The notes beneath the pieces were generated by a model. That model saw nothing but the letters and a program-made list of their open reading frames with translations. It ran no database searches and was not told the DNA's origin. Position numbers and translations under genes: made by a program. A stretch of 54,466 bases of DNA, counting the filler, from Diploschistes diacapsis (lineage: Eukaryota), in the NCBI GenBank assembly GCA_023645945.1. It is 4 parts of 4 records of this genome, joined end to end, with 100 filler letters (N's around TTAATTAATTAA, not from the genome) between each part and the next. Parts side by side here need not be neighbours in the genome. Positions count along the whole stretch, not along the records: positions 40,935 to 54,466 come from JALAIB010000650.1; 3 more parts are not named here. One strand, 5' to 3'. The number at the start of each line of letters is the position of its first letter. Positions within the stretch are counted from its first letter, which is position 1. Of the stretch, positions 40,935 through 51,048 are shown in pieces.

Positions 40935-41872
40935 GGAGAGGGAAAGGGAGAAGGAGAAGGAGAGGGAAAGGGAAAGGGAGGCGACGGAGGGTAGTAGGGC
41001 CAGGGAGAGCGGGGGTTCGAGGCCGAGGTAGAAAAGGGAAAAGGAAGCCAAGTGGGCATGTTGCCGTTTTACGCCCGTGGGCTGGGCTGGGGACGACTCA
41101 AGGGCGGGCGGAGGTGGATTCTTTCCCTTGACTCTTATAGCGCTCGAAAACGAACCCTTCTCGAAGGATGCGTGTTTTTGCCAAGACTGGCCCGCAAAGC
41201 GAGACACGGGAAGCGCCCCTTCTTTGTTTGGGGCGGTCGAATGCGAGTGAGATACACCTTCTTTCTCTAGGAGGTGCGGAAAGGGTTATGGGAAATCCCT
41301 TTTCCTATGCGAGTGTGCTTTGACGTTCCATAAACATGCTATGGGAGATGAAGCTGGCCACACTTGGCCGGTTACAAAGCGAGACAAACAATTGAAGTAG
41401 CTTGTGGTACGGAAGTGCTTTCATATTTTTCGCCACTCGGACCCGCCGCCTTCCAGGTGCATCCGAACTTTCCAACCCTTAAACAATTACTGGAGACTTT
41501 TCTCCCTTGCCGTCCGTTACCCGGCTGCCGTGTGGTATCTAGAGAATACAAACAACCTCCCTCGAATCCCTCAACGCGCTTCTTGAATCTTTGAAGATTG
41601 GTCCAAGGCAAGTAGGAAAAGTAATCGCCCGTGGTGATGCTGCGACACCGCCAAGCCTGCCCAGCCGGACCGCAAGGCCCCACCGACTCCGTGTCCGCAT
41701 TCAACCATCTAGATGCGCCCGCGTTCTTCCACGATTAGTCCATTAGGCGGCGAGATATCGCCGATAGAATAAAGACAGCTAAGAAAAGGCCGTCAGGTGG
41801 TATCATTTGCGCAGCAAAACCCACAGTCGAAATAAAGTTGCCAAAGCATGAAAACAGCAAGTCCCGCACGGA

Positions 41873-43440
41873 TCATTGTGACGGCTCAGGATATTCAGAT
41901 CCTTCCGATAGTCGGGAGCGCTTCGGGTACGGCGAATCGTGCGAGTCGGTGTGAGTGGCATTCCCATCAAGCTCTCGTTTCAAGTTGCTCGGCGAGGAGT
42001 GATTCCGCATTTCCATAATCTCCCTTTCTGACTCTTGCAACCTTCGACGAAGGCCGTTCTCCCTAGCTTGAGCTGCGTTGTGAGCCTGCCGATGCAGCAT
42101 GTCGTTGCGTTCGAGCTCCGAGATGCGGTCCTTGTAGAGGCCGTTGATGACCTCCAGCTCACTGACCTTCGTCCTGAGGGTGGTGTTCTGTTGCTGAAGA
42201 TAGTCGTAGGTTTGGGGAGGCTCCAGGTGCTTGTCACCGATCGAAGCCGCAGGAGAAGGATGCCTGAAATGTAAAGATGGAAGGGAGGGAGAGCGCCCTG
42301 GCCCAAAGGTCGGATCTGTCAATGGGCCGCCGTCGAACATGTGCGGAGGAGCGATACTGTGGTGAAGAGCAGGGGTATTGGCGCGTGAGATGGGGGAGTT
42401 CGATCTGTCAGAAGCACCTGAAGACTTTCCCGACACGCGACGGTAGGCCGGAGGAGGCGTTCCATCATCCGATCGTGCACGCGGGGCGCCATTGCTTAGG
42501 AACGAGGGCTGGATGGAGGTCAGACCTTGGCATGAGATACAACGGGTCAGTTTGACGGACCTTCTTCTTCTGAGCATGACCGGAGCTCTTGATTCGATTG
42601 CGGCTCTTGATGACATCGGTCTTCAAGCTTATCGGGCGAGGCCTACCATGAAGCTTGAGGAACAGCCCACAGGCGTTGCACAGGACGGATCCGATCTCGT
42701 CCCGGCGCCAGAGGGGAGTCGTTGAGGTTGCGCAGTTTTGGCATACGGGCTGTAGATCAGAACGGCAGTTGTCAGTCAAAGATGCCATGGTTCAAGTGGA
42801 TAATCATAGCAAGATACCTGTTCACGGGATGGTGACTTATCACGGACGTTTGTATGTATGGGGAAGATAAGAGTTTCTTGCCCGGGTAGATAAGGATAGG
42901 TGAGGATAAGGCTAGTGCAAGGGCATAGGGGGCAGAGGCAGGCTTGGCACTAACTTGGCAACATACCGGATTGGAACCATGTCCACCCACCGAGGTTGGT
43001 GTTGGGGAAGCCGTAAGATTGAGGCCAGAACCGGCTCCGCCGAAAGTCCTGTAGCATATTGAATCAGCCCCGGTCGAGACTGGACCAACTTGAGCATGGC
43101 ACAGGGAAAATAGCTTGGAGAAGAGAGATGGTTGCTCAACGTACCTCATGTGCGGTGGTGAAGGACCCACCGCCACAGAAGCCAATGTTGAAAGTCCTGG
43201 CAGAGAGACACTATTCGCAGAATTTGGCTTTCCATTTAGGTACAAGGCATTCGAGGCCTGAGTTGAGGCGGACGAAGGTCTCGAAATTTCGTGACCGATC
43301 GGTGGGAGCGGTGACGGAGCTCTATTGTCGATGTTAGGCCCCATATTGATCGGCGGGAGACTTCTGATCATTGGATCGGGGCTGGCTCGCAGGTCAAGGG
43401 GTGCCGACCCGTGCAAGATGGGAGGGAGTATTAAAGCCGT
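41873..43440 (-). CDS. areB: GATA transcription factor AreB/Asd4/NreB (GATA finger + leucine zipper). Long form exons ~43440-43145, 43048-42967, 42749-42561, 42508-41873; short form starts at ATG 42788
   Basis: [52 protein letters not shown] and zipper [26 protein letters not shown]. Splice sites GTACGT, GTATGT and GTCCGT with CAG acceptors keep the frame. The 5' start is uncertain. Confidence 0.88.
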
Positions 43441-43799
43441 TGTGGCGGTTGTTGATATTGACGCTCGGATGAGCAAGTTGTGTGATTTTTATTGAAGGAG
43501 AGACGTGCCGACGCTTGATAGTTGTTGTTCCACCTCTTTTGTATGTGTTTTGCTGTGCTCTGCTCGATTAATGATGAATAAGTGGATGGTCTGAATCTGT
43601 TCAGACAAGCGAGACTCGATCCATATGGAGTTGGCAAGTGAATGTCGATTATTAAAAGAATTAAAAATCGAGCCAGATTAGAGAAGTAGTAAGATATGAT
43701 TATAAAGATGGCAAACTGAACGAAGGTGATAATGATAATAGAGAAAAGAAATGAGTGAAAGAATGACGATGAAATATAGGAATGAGTGTCGAGATTTGG

Positions 43800-43880
43800 A
43801 TGTGGAGGAGATGGGAGATGGAGGAGAAGAAGAAGAAGAAGAAGAAGAAGAGGAGGAGGAAGAGGAAAAGGAAAAGGCGG
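43800..43880. repeat. (GAA)n/(GGA)n purine tract (pyrimidine tract on the areB sense strand) in the areB upstream region
   Basis: gagaagaagaagaagaagaagaagaagaggaggagga is read directly. Confidence 0.8.
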
Positions 43881-43945
43881 ACCGACGGTGATGTTACGCG
43901 GCGCGCGATAAGGGGCGGGGCTTTTCCCTTGGGGTGTGTACAACG

Positions 43946-44040
43946 GGGTGTAGGTGTTTAGGTATAGGTGTTTAGGTATAGGTGCTTAGGTATAGGTGCT
44001 TAGGTGTAAGGTGTTAGGTGTTAGGTGTAGGTACAGGTGT
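43946..44040. repeat. Degenerate tandem repeat of TAGGTGYT/TAGGTA units (~14-bp period) upstream of areB
   Basis: taggtgtttaggtataggtgtttaggtataggtgcttaggtataggtgcttaggtg... Confidence 0.8.
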
Positions 44041-44865
44041 GCGCCCCCCGGATGGAGTAGTAGGAAAACTGAGGATATGCCCCGGGAGCAAGTTGAACCA
44101 ATCTCTAGTGGTATTCCGTACTCTGCTACTCAGCCTTCCTACTCGACAGCAAATCTGGCCTATCAGCTCCCTTGGTTCTGCATCCATCGGCAATTTCGGA
44201 TGCAAGAAGCTACAAGTTCAGAAGTACAGCCCATCCCGCCACATATACAACGTACTTCTTCGTCGTAGTCGATAGCAAAGCCGGGCAAGTCACAAAGGAA
44301 CAGGGCAGGCAGACCAGGTATTTCAGCGCCATTTGCCAGCCGAAGTCTCCTCCTGAACTTTTGTTGACGGACGATGGCCGCCTCAGAGAGAAGGCTGCTA
44401 TATGGATATAGGAAGACAAAGCCACACAGTTCGATCAGAGACATGGAAAAGCGACTTGTAATTGAACATGGGCAGAAACCCTGAGCCCATCACGACCCCT
44501 AACTGAGGTCCCCGCAGGTCTTGTTCAGAGCTGACCTTCACGGCATTGATACAACAAGTCGCTGGTGGATCCCAACTGGTGGTACCCAAGCATTTTTCGT
44601 TAGCCAGAGACACATTGCAAGCAGCTGGACATTATGGCCCCTGCGGAAGGCCAAGGGCCTCAAATACATGGTTAAATAGCAAGCATCTATCAAGCTTCGC
44701 GACCAGTGGTACTATCCAGCAATATCACGATGGCGTTCGCGCTTTCCGCCCTCAAGCATCTCAACTAAAGCCCAGTCCGAACGGATTGGCCGCAATACTC
44801 TTTCCTTTTGGGTGAGAGCTCCAGTCGTACCTTCCGACCAAGGCTAGTCCATGATGCAACCCGAG

Positions 44866-46361
44866 TTATTGCTCTGTATAAAGTTGTTCGGGTCGAAGAT
44901 CAATCCACTTTGGTAGCGGCGGCGAGGTTTGAAATGACTTTGGGCTGAGCTCACTGTTCCATTTCTTTAACCACTCGTCGTAATTCCTTACACGGCTCTG
45001 TTCGAGCACTTGCTCTACATCCCATGAACCACCAATAGGGAAGTTGCAGCGGACGATTGACCTTCCTTCTATCATGTCCCCGACAGCTTGCGGAAGTGCT
45101 TCGAAGATGTAGCATGAATGGTCCCTCCTCTCCTCGGTAGACCGGGTCACAGAATTCTGGATGCACCACTGATCCAAAGCGGCTTGCCACGCAGCGTCTC
45201 GTTTCACAATTTCAAACACCTGGGCACTTCGATCGGGGATTCCATCCCCGTCAAAGACTAGAGAGAATGAAGTTGCAGGCATGCCAGCAGATTGTAGGGC
45301 TAACGCTTCCGTGATCCGAACACCGAAGGAACTGCTGATATCCTCGGAACGCGCCTCGTGGAAGCCATGATCCTCAGGGTCCCAGCCAGGGGTAACAAGG
45401 TCATACAATGTCGCAGAAGACCCTGCTGGTAAAACGTTTCTCCATATGCTCACACGGCGCTCAATATGAAGCCGTGGGATTTTCCAAGCAGAATGGAACG
45501 AGGCCCAGTGCATGGCTTTCTGGACGCGCGACAGACTCGTGGTCTTCACATAGCAGTATATTCCGTATCTGGAGGCGCGTGCTATCTGGCATAGAAGTGA
45601 GGCAACGGATCGCTACTGCGGCTGCTGAGAAACGGTATTTGATACGCTTCCAGAAATCCTCGTCGGGTTCGTATTCGTCCGCAACGAAGAACAGATTCTT
45701 ATACCACTCCGCGACCTTCATCTTCCGAGGGAAAGGCCCAGGGCGCGGGGTTCATGGCTAGCAGTGGTAGTGGCACTGAAAGAGAGTGATGGATGAGGGC
45801 CAGATCCATGGCTTTTTCGTAGACGTCCTCAGACCATTCAGGTTGTGTGGGAAGAAGCCCCAATGTGAAGTCAACAAATTCACGAAAGACGGAGCATGGC
45901 TCACCCCATGATTTGTCGTTTAACAAACAAGACGACGAAACCGAATCAATCATTTCATCGAGAATTGGCTGAAATTGTGGATACTTGCGAGCCCACCTTG
46001 GCAGTCACTTCTGAATTAGCATAAGAGCGGGAGGGGCATCAAGCAAACTATCTCGACTTTTTGGCTAGACCGATCCAAGTCATTATTCTGTGGAAACGGC
46101 CGGCCTGCCTTTATGCGTTCAGGTTCCGAGTACACGGTCGAGAAGGTGATGGTATTTGTTTCGACAGCGAGGCCATGCATTTTCTGCCGCGACAGATGTG
46201 CTTGTATACATCAGGGCTAGGTCGACTGGCCGGTTGTTGGACGCCCGGAATTTGCCCGATTCGTAGTTGAAATGGTAGCCATCATTTCCGAGCACGTAGT
46301 AGTGATAGACGATATCCCGCACCTCTCTGGGGAGGCTGAGAAACTGTGAATGTGAAGACAT
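44866..46361 (-). pseudogene. Frameshifted fungal hypothetical gene with N-terminal F-box-like motif
   Basis: MSSHSQFLSLPREVRDIVYHYY..VDLALMYT..VAAE, followed by collinear fragments in different frames (IKYRFSAAAVAIRCL..LRNILLCED..VARPESHALGLVPFCLENP / RLHIERRVSIWRN ... VRCNF). At least three frame breaks. Confidence 0.65.
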
Positions 46362-47950
46362 CTTCCCAGTCTGGGAGGCGAGTGCTGGAGATTCCTGGCG
46401 GGCTGGGAACGTAGAAAACGATCTCGGCAGTGATAGCTTGTGCTGGTGAATTCTGGGGATTGCAGTGGCAGCTGGGCGAGAAGGTTGCGCAGTAATTAAA
46501 GAACTAGAAGAGAGGTGCAATAAGATGCAGAAGACTGAGCAGCTATTATTGCTGACCCAGGACCCAGGCCCTATATAGCTTATAGCCTTCCTTATATATA
46601 CATATACCAGGCTTCAGAGTCAGCTGTTATAGGGTTAAGGGTTAAGCCATTTTGCATTATTATTATTATTCTAACGTTAACTTAGCCTATCTACCCGTCA
46701 TAACCATCGTCTTCGAAGCTCTTGGAATGCTTCTACACTCCAACATTTTCACCCATCAAATCTCAGGCTTCTATAACCTTTAGAACTAATCTCTTCCAAG
46801 TAAGGCATTGGATAGTGTTGATAGGGACTCGATAGAACTTCGTACCTTTTATCATGACTGCGGTGCAACAACGCACTAAATTAATGAGCATTGTCTCACA
46901 TTGAAGAAATAATAACTCGCATATCTTACGGCCATCAATGGACGGTGCCAAATGCGCCAACTTCGTCATCTGTCAGGACTGAAGCACATCAGGATGTTTG
47001 TTGTAGGTATACTTACAATAATCCATACCCGGACCGTCGCAAAGCATGTGCTGGAACTTGCCAGTGAAGCGAAAAGATTAAATGTTTTTAATCTTTTTCG
47101 ACGATAAATTCGAGTATGTTATGATTCCGATATCGATAATCAACCGTTAATAGAAGATAGCGATTTCCGTTTATGCTATAATTTACAGTTTGAATCATCT
47201 CTTTTCGGAAATTTTTGGCTTATGATTATCGCTAAAATCTCGAAAGCGGAATATAAAAGAGAAACGAAGCTGTTGCATCAGGTATTAAAAAAAATGGAAT
47301 AAAGACAAGGATTTTAGTCGTGCAGAGGTTGCCTTTTTCGAATTATGACTTTTAGGATTGGACGTCGGTGGTAGAAGGCCTGCGCGTACATTGCCATATT
47401 GATTAAGAGCTTTATTCCCAATCAATCAATTAGCGGAACCTTCAGTGGTATAAAAGATTATACCTACGGTTGACGAAGATGGGGGTTTGCTAGCCTAAGA
47501 TATTTAGTCAGTAACTATATGTAATAGATCGGCGTACAATAAACTACAGAATTGGAAACTGATTGGGAAACAAAAAACGCTTGTTTAATAAGAAATCGTA
47601 GACTTAAAAATTAAAAAGATTGTACGAGACATTATATGGTCCAAACTTGTAAGCGGTAAAGGAGATTTAAAGGTGCGCTGATATAAAAACTCACAGATGC
47701 CAGAGAGACGAAAGATGAAGGAATGTACCTGCTTGAAGGTTATATTAGCCGCCAATTGTTGCAAATCTGTTTCACAGAAGTATATGCTTACCTGTATGAG
47801 ATTGTACCTAGAGTTCATTAGGATGTCGAGACAACAAAATTGATCATCGATAAAGCCACACAAATATTTCACACAAACATGTCCATAAGTAACAAAAGCT
47901 GGAATTGGAAAGTGCGCTGGCGCTCGCTCGAGCATACTATACAGACTAAA

Positions 47951-50349
47951 CTATACAGCTGCAGGTAATGACTCAATGGCAAACCGATTTGGAACATTTT
48001 TCTTGGTCCACTCGAATTGCTGCAGTCCAAAATGATAAATGGCCCACTCCATGGCAGCACCGGCGTCGCAAGTCATCAATTTCTTCATGTTCGTGTGACC
48101 TACTACATGGATCAACGCAGACCTTGCTCCATGCAGCTTTCGGCAATGACAGAAGAGGTGCTCCACAGTGTGCACTTGGTTATCTCCACAGTCACACTTA
48201 TCAGAATCGACAATCTATGGCGTAGAGAAAAGGTTAGCCCAGTCAATAGCGTCCGCAAGACTTAGAGGACATACCGGATGCGTTCGGCGTATTGCACGAA
48301 TATAGATATTTTCTCAGACCGTTGACACCCGTCCTGCAGTGCAGTAGCATGGTGCTTTGTGCTCGAGACAAGCGTTTATAGTAGTTGAGGCTCTTGGGTC
48401 CCCATTCCTCAAGTAGGGCTGGCCGGTCTCTGCTCTTATACATGATCGGCTTCCGATACGTCTCCCATAATCGTGAGCTCTTTTCCTCGCTCCATTTCTT
48501 GATGAAGTCGCTAATAGCTTCTGCTCGAGTTTTTTGCATTCGCCCACATCTCGGCCACTTGGTCAGGGGTGTATCTTTTCTTTCAATCTCTCGACAAGCC
48601 TCGTGATGAACTAATAGTGCATGTTTTGCAAGCACGTGATACGGGTGAAGTGCTAGACGAGATGCTGATTGTCTCCTGTGCAGGCCAGTTCCTGTCTGTG
48701 GGAGACTTGAACGTTATAGATGATAGGTGTTTCTCGTTCAGGAAGATCGCATCTTGGGAATCAAGTGTTCGAGCCCGGAAAGCCGTTGCAGTGCGGTACA
48801 GATACAGCGCTATGAGCTCAATATGACGCTCTTTTAGCAGGTATTGACGTGAGGTCCTCTTGTAGGCGCCAGTAATCTGTATGAGACACTGGTACTGCAA
48901 CGATTCCAGCCCACAAATCAACTTTTGGGAGATTGCCCACTTGACATTTCTGCCGTAAAGATACCATACTGCACAGCCGAAACCGATAATGGGTCGCACT
49001 TTTGAGAGAAATAGCCACCTCATTTGAATAAGTGTGGGACCCCAGGTAGAGCCGGAGATCCGCTTAAAGTAAGTCATCTGTTTCCACACTTTGTGCTTTA
49101 TCTTGCAACCTCTGTTAGCATAAAGTCCAATAGTGGAGTATTGAGAAAGCTACCAGCGCTACATGGGCAGACCACTTGAGCTTGTGGTCTACAACAATGC
49201 CCAGGATACGAAGTTGCGTCTTCAACTGTTTGGCCTTGTCGTCCAGTCCAGGAATCTCGGGAAGTTCGCCGTAGGCATCGCCTGTGATTCCGGGCTGTTT
49301 AAAATGCATGACCGCATATTTAGACGGCTCGAATATGACACGATTTTCATCAGCCCAAATCATGATTTCACGATGAAGTACCTCCATCATGCGGTTGTTC
49401 TCGGCATGGCTTGGTGAGGTTACAACTAGGTACGTATCATCCACGTAGGCAAGTACAGCCACACTGGTTCCGAAATCTAGGCGACTGGCGCAGCGATCGA
49501 TAATGGGCGATGCGAAGAAGAGGAATAGGATAGGTGACAAGGTGCTCCCCTGCGGTATACCCACATTTGCCCAGAATAATCGCGTCGGGGAATGTCCTGG
49601 CATCCCGAGAGTTGTACAGCGATTAGAGAGGAATGACCGCACGAAGTGTATGGTCCAGTCGGGTTATTCCTTTGTCCACAAGAACTTCAAGTAACTTCGT
49701 TCGATCAACCGGATCGCAGGCTCCCTTAATGTCAAGGCTCAGTAAAGTCGACTGCTGTATGTTTTTTAAGCACCAGCCCCTGTATACAGGATTGAGGAGA
49801 TATTGGAGGGCTTTCGTAGTACATTTGCCAGTGGCTCCACATTGCGTGCGGGCCAGGAGACTGTGCTCGGGACTGACTTCTTTCAGACGGTTGGCCACGA
49901 TACTTTCAAGCAATTTGCCAAGCGACGACAACAATGCGATAGGCCGCCAACTCTTGGGGTGGTTGTAATTGTCCTTGTCCGGTTTTCGTAGTACGACGGT
50001 TTTGGCCTCCTTAAACAGGTTGGGATCGTAACAAAGGGCCAGGCAAGCCGTGAACAAGTGTTCCAGGTGTGGTAGAAGAGGATCTATGGCCCACTTGAAG
50101 ATCTCGTTCGGGACACCGTCAGGTCCCCGCTGCTTTGCCGGTCTTCAAAGCTTCGGCCAGCATCTTGACCTCGCCGCGCCTGAGAGCTTGCAATGACTCA
50201 TACTGTGGACGCCGAGGATCCAATTCAGGAAGGGAAACCAGTTTGGGCTCATCGTCACTTGTATCTGGCCAGATTGAGTCCCTGAAGCAACGAGCCTTGG
50301 CCTCTCCCGTCGTATGCGCCACGCCATCGACGATGAAACCGGGCATATG
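47951..50349 (-). mobile_element. Decayed Tad1-clade non-LTR retrotransposon ORF2 (RT + C-terminal CCHC), endonuclease region missing, with two intron-like insertions
   Basis: KAAG/PDGVPNE, KTVVLRKPDKDNYNHPKSWRPIALLSSLGKLLESIVANRL, LSLDIKGA, GIPQGSTLSPILFLFF, YVDD, FEPSK, LRILGIVVD.KL.W, GSTWG, ITGAYKRTS, LLHCRTG..GLRKYLY, CDCGDNQVHTVEHLFCHC. Frameshifts near 50125, 49665, 48630 and 48280. Confidence 0.9.
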
Positions 50350-50472
50350 AGGCGTTTTTGTGAAAGGCCCTTGCAATGCGGTCACTGCTCGGAACTACAT
50401 GACACAAGAGACTGTGACAAACAGTTGCCAAAGAAGTGTGCCAATTGTCAGAAAAAGCATGAGGCTTGGTCG
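50341..50472 (+). mobile_element. LINE ORF1 (gag-like) zinc-knuckle fragment, inverted relative to the adjacent RT
   Basis: GHMRRFC...CGHCSELHDTRDC...KCANCQKKHEAWS, the triple-knuckle pattern of fungal Tad1-type ORF1. Confidence 0.75.
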
Positions 50473-51048
50473 TTGCCTAGTCCAATGGACTCCTCTGCGG
50501 CCGAAAGAGCCTACAAAGGTGCTAAAGGATATAAACGTCGCATTGAAACTGTATTTGGACGAATGGATCAAAATTTCGGAATTGAGGAAAGCGATTCGGT
50601 AGCTAATTCGGTAACAACATCGCCGGCAGTATCCACTTGTGGGAGAGTGTTTCTGATGCGGGACTCTAGGTAGCTACATATAGGAACCGAATCGTTCAAT
50701 AACACGGAAGCTGTCCGTATGACTATCATTTTGGTCAATGTTATTTATTGTATACAGGAACTGTGAATATATTTACAACCTGAGAGCGATGATATGTGAC
50801 CGACCGACAATGACTGACTGCGCCCGTGAGCACTCGACTTAGATACTAGGAAACAAACACCTGAACAATATTAAGAGAGTGTTAGATGCCCCCCAGCTAC
50901 CTACTTGTGTAGGTAAGGGTAGTTGCTGATTCTGGTAGCTATCAAAATAGTGAGCTCTTTCTTGATACATGCTTTCAGAGTTCTGCAAAAGCACCATGAT
51001 GCCCCTACTGTCTCGAGTCGCTCAGTAGCCGCATCAACCTGGGTTAGC

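Noticed and set aside
46628..46646. AGGGTTAAGGGTTAAG telomere-like sequence
   Set aside because: Only two imperfect units, internal to the contig; not distinguishable from chance. The TAGGTG array at 43946-44040 is likewise not TTAGGG.
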